A stretch of 64,000 bases of DNA, taken from the NCBI GenBank assembly GCA_034521815.1, contig JAXHLW010000013.1, positions 608,001 through 672,000 of the forward strand. Direction: 5' to 3'. Numbering within the stretch: the first letter of the stretch is position 1; each line of letters starts with the position of its first letter. The translations under genes and the position numbers were made by a program. Positions 22,859-35,051 of the stretch are shown piece by piece. Source of the DNA: Trueperaceae bacterium. GTDB lineage: Bacteria; Deinococcota; Deinococci; Deinococcales; Trueperaceae. A model generated the notes under the pieces. The model saw only the letters and a list, made by a program, of their open reading frames with translations. It made no database searches and was not told the origin of the DNA.

Positions 22859-23803
22859 TCAGCGCAGGCCGGCGTCCTCGTACGCGCGGACGGCTCCATC
22901 GTGCAGGGGCGCGCCCAGACCGGACAGGAAATCCTCGGGCGTCAGGTCGGCCAGGGCCGGGTGAATCGCGCGGAAGTCTTCGAGGTTGTCGAGGATGGTG
23001 CTGACGATGGTGTAGACGTCGTCCTCGCTCATCCCGGTGCTGGTGACGAACAGCGCCTTGACGCCGAACAGCGTGACGTCCTCGTCCTGGCCGCCGTAGG
23101 TGCCGGCCGGCACGTTCGCGAAGGCGTAGTAGGGCGACTCGTCGATCAGGCCCTGGAACGCGTCGTCGTCGAGTGGGACGATGTCGACGTCGGAGGTCGA
23201 GGTGATGTCCTGGATCGCGGCGCCGCCGATGCCGACGGTGTAGAAGAAGCAGTCGATGCGGCCGTCGCGCAGGAAGTCGGGCGCTTCGGCGGCCCGCAGG
23301 TACTCGGGCTCGAAGTCGTCCTCGCTCATGCCCTTGGCGTCCAGCATCGCGCGAACGGTGTTCAGGATGCCGGAGCCGGAGTTGCCGATGCTGACGCGCT
23401 TGCCGGCGATGTCGTCGAACGAGCCGACCTCGGCGTCGGCGTCGCAGACGAGGTGCATCGGCTCGGCGTGCAGGCCCATCACGGTCCGCAGCGACTCGAC
23501 CGGCTCGCCGTCGAACGCGGCTTCGCCGTTGTACGCCTGGTAGACGACGTCGGACTGAGCGATCGCGAGGTCGAGCTGGTCCGCCTGGATCGCGCTGATG
23601 TTGAACACCGAGCCTCCGGTCGACTCGACCGTCAGGCGCAGACCCACGTCGGCGTCGTTCACGATCTTCGAGGTCGCGCCGCCGACCGGGTAGTAGACGC
23701 CGGTGACGCCACCGGTGCCGATCGTGTAGAACCCTTGCGCGGCGGCTGCGCCGAACAGTACGGCGACGGCCAGCGCGAACAGTCTTTTCGTGGCTGCGTG
23801 CAT
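22859..23803 (-). CDS. TAXI-family TRAP solute-binding protein
   Basis: Signal peptide; TIGTGGVTGVYYPVGG, STGGSVFN, QSDV, GKRVSIGNSGSG and PLHDGA. Confidence 0.92.
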   Translation of the reverse strand: MHAATKRLFALAVAVLFGAAAAQGFYTIGTGGVTGVYYPVGGATSKIVNDADVGLRLTVESTGGSVFNISAIQADQLDLAIAQSDVVYQAYNGEAAFDGEPVESLRTVMGLHAEPMHLVCDADAEVGSFDDIAGKRVSIGNSGSGILNTVRAMLDAKGMSEDDFEPEYLRAAEAPDFLRDGRIDCFFYTVGIGGAAIQDITSTSDVDIVPLDDDAFQGLIDESPYYAFANVPAGTYGGQDEDVTLFGVKALFVTSTGMSEDDVYTIVSTILDNLEDFRAIHPALADLTPEDFLSGLGAPLHDGAVRAYEDAGLR

Positions 23804-23924
23804 ACGGTATCTCCTTCGTGGTGTGCGAGCCTTTCCAGCGATCACCGCGCGTACGGTGGTTCGCTCGGATCGGCGATTCGAAGTGGACTTCGTTGTGATA
23901 AATACCACGCTCGTGTGGGAGCGG

Positions 23925-25460
<1,536 letters not shown>

Positions 25461-25629
25461 GGCGGGAGGATAGCACGGGGCTTGCGCGGCCAGGACGGCG
25501 TTCGTAGCCGACGCTCCATGCTGGTCGAATGGCGCCCAGGCTGCGCGGATCGTCGTCCGGTCGTGGTACATTCAGCCCGTGCGGAGGAAGCGTAGCCTCC
25601 GTGCAAACGACCAGGACTTGGCATCCCTC

Positions 25630-25989
25630 GGGGGCGACACGGCTTCGACGGGGCTCGACCAAGGCACCGGTTGCGCGTCGCGGGGCAGTTGGCCGCGTCA
25701 TCAAGCTGCAAACGCCTTAACTGGCAACCAGAACTACGCTCTGGCTGCGTAACCCGTAGTCAGCGTCCTCTAGAAACCCCGTCGGTGGTTCGCTAGATTT
25801 GGACGTCCCAAAACCGACTGGCCCGAAGGCACCCGTTGCCGGCCCTAGGGCGAGACTTAAGGCGACTAGGCACGAGGATTGGTGGGTCTCCAACCTGTCC
25901 TCGCCGCCGAATTTCAATCGGAGACTACACGCGTAGACGCCGGGCCAAGGGGGCTTCGGACGCGGGTTCGACTCCCGCCGCCTCCACCA
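25630..25989 (+). ncRNA. ssrA: tmRNA; tag reading frame 25723-25752 = (A)GNQNYALAA*
   Basis: The 5' GGGGGCG pairs with the 3' CGCCTCC-ACCA and gives the G3:U alanine determinant. T-arm GCGGGTTCGACTCCCGC; tag ends in YALAA. Confidence 0.97.
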
Positions 25990-25992
25990 GCC

Positions 25993-26018
25993 GACCCCGC
26001 AGAGATGCGGGGTCTTTT
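25993..26018 (+). terminator. Rho-independent terminator after ssrA
   Basis: GACCCCGC-agagat-GCGGGGTC followed by TTTT. Confidence 0.85.
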
Positions 26019-26105
26019 CATGGCGGGTTCGTCGCATGGCGCGTCCGTCCTCGTGAGGCGGCCCTGCAGCACCGGGCCGTGGCCGCTATGGCCGCCGCGC
26101 CGCGC

Positions 26106-26450
26106 CTACGCGTCCAGCATCCGCCGCTGCAGCAGCGACTGCATCGAGCGGGTCTCGGCCGCGATCAGCACGACGTGGACCTCGTTCCCGCGCTCGCGGT
26201 ACACGATGCGGTGGCCGTCCACGCGCACCTCCTGCGCACGACGCATCCCCAGCGCGCGCAGCTCGGGCGGAGGCCCGCCGTCCTCGGGCCGTTGCGCGAT
26301 CCGTTCCAGGCCGGACCGAATGCGGTCCAGAATCCGGTTCGCCTGGCCGAATCCGCCGCGCTCGTACGCTGCGGCGTACAGCTCGTCCAGGTCGCGCGCC
26401 GCCCCGTCGGTCAGCAGCACCGTGCGGGTCGCGTCGCGCCCGTCCATCAC
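26106..26450 (-). CDS. RelE/ParE-family toxin
   Basis: VLLTDGAARDLDELY, PEDGGPPPEL and HRIVYR..VHVVLIA..RSMQSLLQRR; located downstream of a Phd antitoxin. Confidence 0.85.
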   Translation of the reverse strand: MMDGRDATRTVLLTDGAARDLDELYAAAYERGGFGQANRILDRIRSGLERIAQRPEDGGPPPELRALGMRRAQEVRVDGHRIVYRERGNEVHVVLIAAETRSMQSLLQRRMLDA

Positions 26451-26460
26451 GCCGTTCCAC

Positions 26461-26742
26461 TCATTCGGTTCCCCACCCCTCGGCGTTCCGGAAGCCGTCC
26501 AGCGCCTCGTCCGCGGGCTGGACCATCTCCTCTTCGATCTGGCGGTCGCCCAGCGAGAGCATCTTCAAGAGTGCGCTGGTCTCCTGCAGCTGGTCGAACG
26601 TCGCGACGTCCAGCAGCACCGCCCGCGCCTCGCCGTTCTGGGTGATCACCAGCGGCTCCTGGCGCTCGTTCAGGTCGCGGATCAGCTCGGCCGCGTGGGC
26701 CTTCAGGTAGCTGATCGAACGGATACGATCTTCGAGTCGCAT
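26461..26742 (-). CDS. Phd/YefM-family antitoxin
   Basis: IRSISYLKAHAAELIRDL..PLVITQNGEARAVL. Confidence 0.9.
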   Translation of the reverse strand: MRLEDRIRSISYLKAHAAELIRDLNERQEPLVITQNGEARAVLLDVATFDQLQETSALLKMLSLGDRQIEEEMVQPADEALDGFRNAEGWGTE

Positions 26743-26745
26743 GAT

Positions 26746-26764
26746 AGGTCCGAATGTAGACCGA
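26746..26764. promoter_or_regulatory. Imperfect palindrome, probable TA autoregulatory operator
   Basis: AGGTCCGAATGTAGACCGA lies directly upstream of the antitoxin ATG. Confidence 0.5.
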
Positions 26765-26845
26765 AAGCGGGTCGATCGGCAAGGGCTGACGCGAGCCGTC
26801 GTGCTACGATCCGGCCAAGAACCACATCCCGAACGGAGGCATCGC

Positions 26846-27943
<1,098 letters not shown>

Positions 27944-28101
27944 GCGGGCGCGTGCGACGGGCGCATTCCCTTCGCACGACGCTGCTCTGCGCGACGCTGG
28001 TTCGCGCAAACCCGTGACCGCGCCCCCGGCGAGCTTCTCGCCGGGGGCGCACGCGTTCCAGGCGGCGTGACGATCGCGAAGACTCGGCTATCCTCGGCGT
28101 C

Positions 28102-30262
28102 ATGGTCCTCGCCGCCCTCCGCAACGCCGAAAAACAGTACGGACAGCGCACCGTGCTGGACGGCGTCACGCTGGAGCTCAGAGAAGGCGCGCGCACCGCG
28201 CTGATCGGCCGCAACGGGGCGGGGAAGAGCACGATCCTGCGGCTGCTGGGCGGAACCGAAGCGCCCGACGCCGGCGAGGCGTGGCTGCGCGACGGCACGA
28301 TCGTCGGCACCCTGAAGCAAGACCCCGACTTTCCCGAAGGTCGGCGCGTGCTGGACGTGTGCGAGGTGGCGTTCGCCGACCTGGACGCGATGGAGGCCCG
28401 GCTGCAGGAGCTCGAGGCCGCCGGCCTGGACGACCCGGACACCTTCCACGCCTGGGAGATCCTCCACGGCGCGTTCGAGCGGCGCGGCGGCTACCAGCGT
28501 CGCGCCCGCCGCGACATGGTGCTGCACGCCCTGGGGTTCGCCGGCCGCGAGCACGACGAGGTCGCCCGCTTCAGCGGCGGCGAGAAGACCCGCCTGGCGC
28601 TGGCGCGGCTGCTGATGCGGGCGCCCGACGTGCTGCTCCTGGACGAGCCGACGAACCACCTGGACGTCGAGATGCGCAGCTGGCTCGAAGGCTGGCTGGC
28701 GCGCTACCCCGGCGCCGCGTTGCTGGTCAGCCACGACCGCGCGTTCCTGGACGGCGCCTGCGACCGCACCGCCGAGGTGGGCCGCGGCCGCCTGCGCGAG
28801 CGGCCCGGCAACCCCACCGCGTTCCGCGAAGCCCAAGCCGAGCAGGACCGGATCGAGGCCCGCACCCGCGGCAATCAGCGCAAAGAGGAGGCCCGGCTGG
28901 CGAGCGCCGCGGCGCAGATGCGCAAGTTCGCTGGCCAGAACGCCAAGCTGATGCGCCGCGCCCTGGCGATGGAGACGCGCCTCGAGCGTCTCCGCGACGG
29001 CATGATCGACGATGCCGAGCGCGACGAGCGCTCCGTCCGCTTCCTGTTCGGCGAGGGACGCGGCGGCGAGCAGGTCCTCTACGCCCGGCACCTCAGCAAG
29101 GCGTACGGCGGGGAGACGCTGTTCCGCGACGTGGACCTGGTGCTCCGCGCCGGCGAGCGGATCGCCGTCACCGGCCCCAACGGCGCCGGCAAGAGCACCT
29201 TCCTGCGGCTGCTGCTGGGCGAGGCCGCCAGCGACGATCCGCGCGCCCTGCTGCGTTGGGGAAGCCGCGTGCGGGTGGGCTACTACGATCAGGAGCTGCG
29301 CGGCGTGGACCCCGAGCGGACGCTGATCGAGGAGCTGATCCGCATGGTCGGCGACCGCGAGGCGCACGACCTGCTCGGCCGCTTCCTGTTCCCCTACGAC
29401 GCGCAGTTCAAGACGGTCGCCCAGCTCTCGGGCGGCGAGCGCGCCCGGCTGGCGCTGCTCAAGCTCACCCTCGGCTCGCACGACCTGCTGATCCTGGACG
29501 AGCCCACCAACCACCTGGACGTCGAGATGATCGAGGCGCTCGAAGCCGCGCTGGACGCGTTCTCGGGCACGCTGATCCTGGTCAGCCACGACCGGCGCTT
29601 CATCGGCCGGCTCGCGACGCGGGTGTGGGAGATCGAGGACGGCCGGTTCGAGGACTACGAGGGCGACTGGGACTTCTTCCGCCGCAAGCGCGAGGAGCGG
29701 CGCGTCGTGGCCACGGGCGCCGAGCGGGGCGACGCTGTCGACGCGGCTGGCGGAGGCACGGCGCAGGCGACCACCGCGACCAGCTCGAGCAGCGGCGCTC
29801 CCTCCGAGAGCAGCACCGGAGCACCGCACCGAGAGCACCGCACCTGGGAGAGCCGAGTCCGACAGCGCCCCTCGCGCAGGCACCTCGACCAACGATGTTT
29901 CGCCCGACAAGGTTTCGGGCGGCGAGGTCCAGCCCACCGGGGCCGCCTCGGCCGATGGCACGGCTACCGACACCACCGCTGCCGATACCACCGCTGCCGA
30001 CACCGACCCCCGCTTCGACGCGCTGAGCCCGTGGAAGCTCGAGCGCGAGCTCGAGACGCTCGAAGCGCGCGTCACCGAGCTCGAGGACGAGCTCGAGAGC
30101 TTGAACGAGCGCCTCGCGGACCCAGGCGCGCACGACGGCGCCGAGCTCGGCGAGCTGGGCCGCGCCCACGCCCGGGCCGAGGCGGCGCTACTCGAGGCGA
30201 TGGAGACGTGGGAGGCCGCCGGCCGGACGCTGGAGTCCAAGCGCGCGCTGCGCAGCGGCTGA
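28102..30262 (+). CDS. ABC-F family ATPase with a Uup-like C-terminal coiled coil; frameshift in the low-complexity linker near 29830-29950
   Basis: Two ATPase domains (GRNGAGKS and GPNGAGKS; LDEPTNHLD twice). The C-terminus PWKLERELETLEARVTELE...AMETWE ends at TGA 30260-30262 in another frame. Confidence 0.88.
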
Positions 30263-30324
30263 CCGAGGCGGGCGCCACGGTCCGGTCGAGAACCACGCTC
30301 GAGCACCGCGGTACAGTGACGCCC

Positions 30325-31083
30325 ATGCAACGAGTCCGCTACCGCACCTTCGATGGCGTCCACTGGGGCGAGGTGGAGGGCGGGCGCGTCCACCAGCTCT
30401 CCGCCATGCTGGGCCGGCGCGACGGCGCCGTCGTCCCCCTCACCGACGTCTCGCTACTGCCCCCGTGCGACCCGCGCTCGATCGTGTGCGTCGGCAAGAA
30501 CTACGCCAAGCACATCGCCGAGATGGGCGGCGACGCCGGCTCGCTCCCCAAGGAGCCGGGGCTGTTCCTGAAGGCGCTGAACACCCTGAGCGGACCGGGC
30601 GACCCCATCCCGTACCCCGACTGGACCCACGAGCTGCACTACGAGGGCGAGCTGGCCGTCGTCGTCGCCCACGAGATGAAGGACGTCGCGGCCGAGGACG
30701 CGCTGAACCACGTGCTGGGCTACACCTGCGCGATCGACGTCACCGCGCGCGACAAGCAGCGATCCGACCTGCAGTGGGCCCGCGGCAAGAGCGCGGACGG
30801 CTTCTGCCCGATCGGTCCCTGGCTCGAGACGGAGCTGGACCCGACCGACACCAGCGTGCGCACCTTCGTGAACGGCGAGCTGCGCCAGGACGGCCACACC
30901 TCCGACCTGATCTTTCCCGTCGCCGAGGTGCTGTCCTACATCAGCCGCTTCCTGACCCTCGTCCCCGGCGACGTGGTGCTGACCGGGACGCCGGACGGCG
31001 TCGGGCCGCTGGCCGTCGGCGACGAGGTGGAGGTGCGCGTCTCGGGCGTCGGCTCGCTCACGGCGACCGTCGAAGCGGCGTGA
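30325..31083 (+). CDS. Fumarylacetoacetate hydrolase family protein
   Basis: IVCVGKNYAKH, HYEGELAVV, DVTARD, RGKSADGFCPIGP and GDVVLTGTPDGVG. Confidence 0.93.
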   Translation: MQRVRYRTFDGVHWGEVEGGRVHQLSAMLGRRDGAVVPLTDVSLLPPCDPRSIVCVGKNYAKHIAEMGGDAGSLPKEPGLFLKALNTLSGPGDPIPYPDWTHELHYEGELAVVVAHEMKDVAAEDALNHVLGYTCAIDVTARDKQRSDLQWARGKSADGFCPIGPWLETELDPTDTSVRTFVNGELRQDGHTSDLIFPVAEVLSYISRFLTLVPGDVVLTGTPDGVGPLAVGDEVEVRVSGVGSLTATVEAA

Positions 31084-32108
31084 GCGCAGCAGGCGCAGGC
31101 GACCGGCGCGGCCCTGGCGAGCAGCGCCCGACCGACGGTGCGCACGATCGCTCGCACGGTCGCTCGCACGGTCCCTCGCACGAGCACCCGCGCGACCTGG
31201 GCGCCGGCACCTGGCTGATCGACACGCTCCTCGCCGGCCAGCCCGCCATGGTCGGCGTGTTCGTCCAGGAGCTGCCCGACGGCTCGGCGCTGCTGATCGA
31301 GAGCGGCTCCGGCGCGACCGTCGACGCCGTCCGCGACGGCCTGGCCGCGCTGAGCCTGGGCCCGGACGACGTCGCGGCGATCGTGGTCACCCACGTGCAC
31401 CTGGATCACGCGGCGGGCGCGGGCACGCTGTCCGCCTGGTCGGACGCGCCGGTGTACGTCCATCCGCGCGGTGCGAGGCACCTGGCCGACCCCGGCCGGC
31501 TGTGGTCCAGCGCCGCCCGGATCTACGGCGACGAGATGGACCGCCTCTGGGGCCCCATGGAGCCCGTCCCCACGGACCGGCTTCGGACGCTGGACGATGA
31601 CCAGACCTGGACCGTCGGCGGGGCGCGCTACCGCGTGCTGCACACCCCCGGTCACGCCGACCATCACCTGTCGGTTCTCGATCCCCACGGCGGCGCGTTC
31701 GTGGGCGACGCGGCCGGCATCGTGCTGCCGGGCATCCCGCTGATCCGGCCCGCGCTGCCGCCCCCCGAGACCGACCTCGAGGCGGCCGAGGCGTCGTGCG
31801 AGGCGCTGGCGGCAGCGCAGCCCGACAGGCTCTTGCTCACCCATTTCGGCGCCATCGACGACGTGCACGGCCACCTGCGCGAGAGCGTCCGCCGCAACCG
31901 CGTCTGGGCCGACGAGGTTCGCGCCGGCCTGGACGCCGGCGAGGACGAGGCGGCCCTGATCGCCCGGATGGAGGCGCTGGAGGACCGCGAGCTGGACGAG
32001 GTCGGCGTTCCGGCAGGCGCCCGCGCGCCGTACAAGGCGTCCAGCGACGCGCGCATGACGGTGATGGGCGTGAGCCGCTACTGGCGAAAGCGGGACGAGC
32101 ATCGCTGA
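31080..32108 (+). CDS. MBL-fold metallohydrolase
   Basis: THVHLDHAAG, HTPGHADHH, GDAAG and LTHFG. Confidence 0.9.
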   Translation: MSAAGAGDRRGPGEQRPTDGAHDRSHGRSHGPSHEHPRDLGAGTWLIDTLLAGQPAMVGVFVQELPDGSALLIESGSGATVDAVRDGLAALSLGPDDVAAIVVTHVHLDHAAGAGTLSAWSDAPVYVHPRGARHLADPGRLWSSAARIYGDEMDRLWGPMEPVPTDRLRTLDDDQTWTVGGARYRVLHTPGHADHHLSVLDPHGGAFVGDAAGIVLPGIPLIRPALPPPETDLEAAEASCEALAAAQPDRLLLTHFGAIDDVHGHLRESVRRNRVWADEVRAGLDAGEDEAALIARMEALEDRELDEVGVPAGARAPYKASSDARMTVMGVSRYWRKRDEHR

Positions 32109-32169
32109 GCTGCCGGCCGCCGCGGGCCGCTGTCCACCGTTCCCGCTGCCCAGGACGGCGCGTCTGGCG

Positions 32170-32874
32170 GTGCTGGCGTCGGGGCGCGGCAGCAACCTGG
32201 CGTCGCTGCTGAACGCGTTTCCGCCGGCGTCGCTCTCCGCGACGGCGGACCACGAGCCCCCGGCCCGCGTCGTGCTGGTCGCCAGCAACGTTCCCGGCGC
32301 GCCTGCGCTGGGGGTGGCCGAAACCGCCGGCGCCGACGCGTGCACGATTCCCTGGACGCGTCACGAGGGCGACCGCCTCGGCTTCGAGCGGGCCCTGCAG
32401 AGCCAGCTGGACGCGCACGGCGTCGACCTCATCTGCCTCGCCGGGTTCATGCGAATCCTCTCGCCCACGTTCACCCAGCGCTGGGCGGGACGGATCGTGA
32501 ACGTCCATCCCAGTCTGCTGCCGGCGTATCGCGGCCTCCACGCGCAGCGGCAGGCGCTCGAGGCGGGCGCGACGACGTCGGGCTGCACGATCCACCTGGT
32601 GGACGCCGGGGTCGACACCGGCCGCGTCGTGCTGCAGCGGCAGGTGCCGGTGCTCCCCGGCGACGACGAGGCCACCCTGGCCGACCGCATCCTGGAGCAG
32701 GAGCACCTCGCCTACCCCGAGGCCGTCCGGCGGCTGCTGCGCGGCCAGGTGGAAGCGACGGACGGCACAGGGACAGAGCGTGAGAGGACAGAGGCGAGAG
32801 GACAGAAGGCGAGAGGACCGAAGGGGAGACGTTCGAGGGGGAGGGGCCCGCATGAAGGTTCTGCTGATCGGTAG
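32170..32874 (+). CDS. purN: Phosphoribosylglycinamide formyltransferase; the true start is probably a little upstream
   Basis: RLAVLASGRGSNL, LAGFMRIL, NVHPSLLP, GCTIHLVDAGVDTG and EH. Adjacent to purD. Confidence 0.92.
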   Translation: MLASGRGSNLASLLNAFPPASLSATADHEPPARVVLVASNVPGAPALGVAETAGADACTIPWTRHEGDRLGFERALQSQLDAHGVDLICLAGFMRILSPTFTQRWAGRIVNVHPSLLPAYRGLHAQRQALEAGATTSGCTIHLVDAGVDTGRVVLQRQVPVLPGDDEATLADRILEQEHLAYPEAVRRLLRGQVEATDGTGTERERTEARGQKARGPKGRRSRGRGPHEGSADR

Positions 32875-34114
32875 CGGAGGACGGGAGCACGCGCTGGCGT
32901 GGGCGCTGGGCGCGTCGCCGCGCGTGAGCGAGGTGCTGGCCACGCCCGGCAACGCCGGCATCGCCCAGACGGCACGGATCGTCGCGGCGCAGGACGACGA
33001 CGAGCTGCTGCGGATCGCGGCGCGCGAGAAGGTGGACCTGGCCGTGATCGGTCCCGAGGCGCCGCTGGCGGCGGGACTGGCGGACCGCCTCCGGGACGAA
33101 GAGGTGCCCACCTTCGGTCCCGGCCGGGACGGCGCGCGGCTGGAGGCCTCGAAGGCGTACGCCAAGGCGTTCATGCAGCGCTTCGGCGTGCCCACCGCCG
33201 AGTTCGCCACCTTCTCGGCGCTGGATCCGGCGCTGGACCACCTGCGCCGGGTGGGGGCGCCGATCGTCGTGAAGGACTCCTACCTGGCGGCAGGGAAGGG
33301 CGTCACCGTCGCGGACACGCCCGGCCAGGCCGAGGCCGCGCTGCGCGAGCTGTTCGCGCGGCCCAACGCCGAGGTGGTGCTCGAGGAGCGCCTGGTGGGC
33401 CAGGAGCTCAGCGTGGTCGTGCTGACCGACGGCACGACGGCGCTGCCGCTGCCGTTGGCGCAGGACCACAAGCAGATCGGCGACGGCGACGTCGGGCCGA
33501 TGACCGGCGGGATGGGCGCCGTCGCGCCGGTGTCGTCGCTGTCCGACCCGCAGCGCGAACGGCTGGACCGCGAGATCGTGGAGCCGGTGCTGAGCGGCCT
33601 GCGGAGCGAGGGGATCGACTACCGCGGCGCGCTGTTCCTGGGCGTGATGTGGACCGCGTCGGGGCCCAAGCTGCTCGAGATCAACGTACGCCTGGGCGAC
33701 CCCGAGACGCAGACGGTGCTGCCCCTGATGGAGAACGACCTGATCAGCGTGCTCGAGGCGCTGGATCAGCGGCGCCTGCACGAGGTGGTCCCGGTCTGGC
33801 GGCCGGGCGCCGCGGCCACGGTGGTGGTGGCCGCCCCGGGCTACCCCGGGGCGTACCCGAAGGACCTGCCCGTCGGCGTCCCCGAGGGACGCGAGGCCGA
33901 CACCTGGGTGTTCCACGCCGGCACGCGCAGGAATGAGAGCGGCCGGCTGGTCTCGAGCGGCGGCCGCATCCTGGCCGTCACCGCGGTCGACGCGGACGTG
34001 CCCAGCGCCGCCGCGAAGGCGTACCGCGAGGTGGCGCGCATCGACGTGCCCGGCGGGGTGTCCAGGCGCGACATCGGTGGGCGCCCGACCGCAGGGGGCG
34101 GTACGCACGGCTAG
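32852..34114 (+). CDS. purD: Phosphoribosylamine-glycine ligase
   Basis: MKVLLIGSGGREHAL, GPEAPL, LAAGKGV, QDHK, TGGMGA, RLGDPE and FHAGT. Confidence 0.95.
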   Translation: MKVLLIGSGGREHALAWALGASPRVSEVLATPGNAGIAQTARIVAAQDDDELLRIAAREKVDLAVIGPEAPLAAGLADRLRDEEVPTFGPGRDGARLEASKAYAKAFMQRFGVPTAEFATFSALDPALDHLRRVGAPIVVKDSYLAAGKGVTVADTPGQAEAALRELFARPNAEVVLEERLVGQELSVVVLTDGTTALPLPLAQDHKQIGDGDVGPMTGGMGAVAPVSSLSDPQRERLDREIVEPVLSGLRSEGIDYRGALFLGVMWTASGPKLLEINVRLGDPETQTVLPLMENDLISVLEALDQRRLHEVVPVWRPGAAATVVVAAPGYPGAYPKDLPVGVPEGREADTWVFHAGTRRNESGRLVSSGGRILAVTAVDADVPSAAAKAYREVARIDVPGGVSRRDIGGRPTAGGGTHG

Positions 34115-34173
34115 GATGCGGGACCGGGACACCGGCCCTCGCGAGCGGGACGACCGTGCGGTAGCCTTGCGGC

Positions 34174-34962
34174 ATGCCTCGTCGAATCTTCACGCCAGCT
34201 CGAACGCGCGTCCTCGCGGACGTTCGCGGCGACGTTCGCCGGCCCGTCCGCATCGGCGCCCGCTCGCCGCGCCGGCCGCTCCTGCTCCTGGCCGCGGCGC
34301 TGATCGTCTCGCTCGTCGCCGGTTGCGCGCCGACCGTCAGCGAGGAGACCGAAGCCGTCACGCAGCCCACCGGTCCACTCGCGTACGTCCCTCGCGAGAC
34401 CGGAGCCGCTTGGTCGTACCTTCCCGATCGCGCCACGCTGGACGAGGCCCGCGTCGTCGTCCGGGTCGAGGGTCCCACCGTGGTGGACGGCCAGGTACGG
34501 ACCGCCTGGCGGATGGTGGGGCGCGGCCTGGAGGTCCGCTGGTTCCGTGAGCATCGCGAGGACGGCACCTACCTGGTGCGCGAGGAGCGTCCGGGCACGG
34601 TGATCACCTTCGATCCTCCGATCCTCGAGATGGTCTCCGGGCCGCTTCGGGTGGGGCAGAACTGGACGGGCGCGACCACCGCGACCGTCCTCTTCCCGGA
34701 GGCGACCGCCGAGAACCGGACGTCGACCCTGGCGCTGGAGTGGGTCACGACCGTCGTCGATCGTCGCTCGGTGACGGTGGCGGCGGGGACGTTCGACGTG
34801 TTCGTGCTGAACTTCACCTCCCGGACGCTGGACGAGGACGGCGTGGTGCTCGAGGAGCTCACGCAAGAGACCTGGTTCTCGCCGTACCTGGGCGAGGTCC
34901 GGACCGAGAACGGCTTCTTCCTGGTCGACTCGAACCTGTTCGGGCTCCCGCGGGAGCCGTGA
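34174..34962 (+). CDS. Putative lipoprotein
   Basis: Hydrophobic stretch plus lipobox VAG|C; TVAAGTFDV...ETWFSPYLGEV. Confidence 0.7.
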   Translation: MPRRIFTPARTRVLADVRGDVRRPVRIGARSPRRPLLLLAAALIVSLVAGCAPTVSEETEAVTQPTGPLAYVPRETGAAWSYLPDRATLDEARVVVRVEGPTVVDGQVRTAWRMVGRGLEVRWFREHREDGTYLVREERPGTVITFDPPILEMVSGPLRVGQNWTGATTATVLFPEATAENRTSTLALEWVTTVVDRRSVTVAAGTFDVFVLNFTSRTLDEDGVVLEELTQETWFSPYLGEVRTENGFFLVDSNLFGLPREP

Positions 34963-35051
34963 GGCGCCGCTCCGGTACTGGTCACTCGCCTACCGTTGGG
35001 TAGGTCGTGCCGCGATAGGCTGAGCGAACGAAGATTGGAGCGTACGCACCG

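Noticed and set aside
26023-26775. Short echoes of the tmRNA T-arm (GCGGGTTCG at 26023, GCGGGTCGA near 26767) as an attR
   Set aside because: They are only about 9 bp long in GC-rich DNA and lack the CCTCCACCA end.
28102-31083. Apparent 993-aa ABC-F/FAH fusion in the ORF track
   Set aside because: The true ABC-F coiled-coil C-terminus is in another frame, ending at 30262. The FAH gene has its own TACAGT box and ATG at 30325. The fusion is a frameshift artefact.
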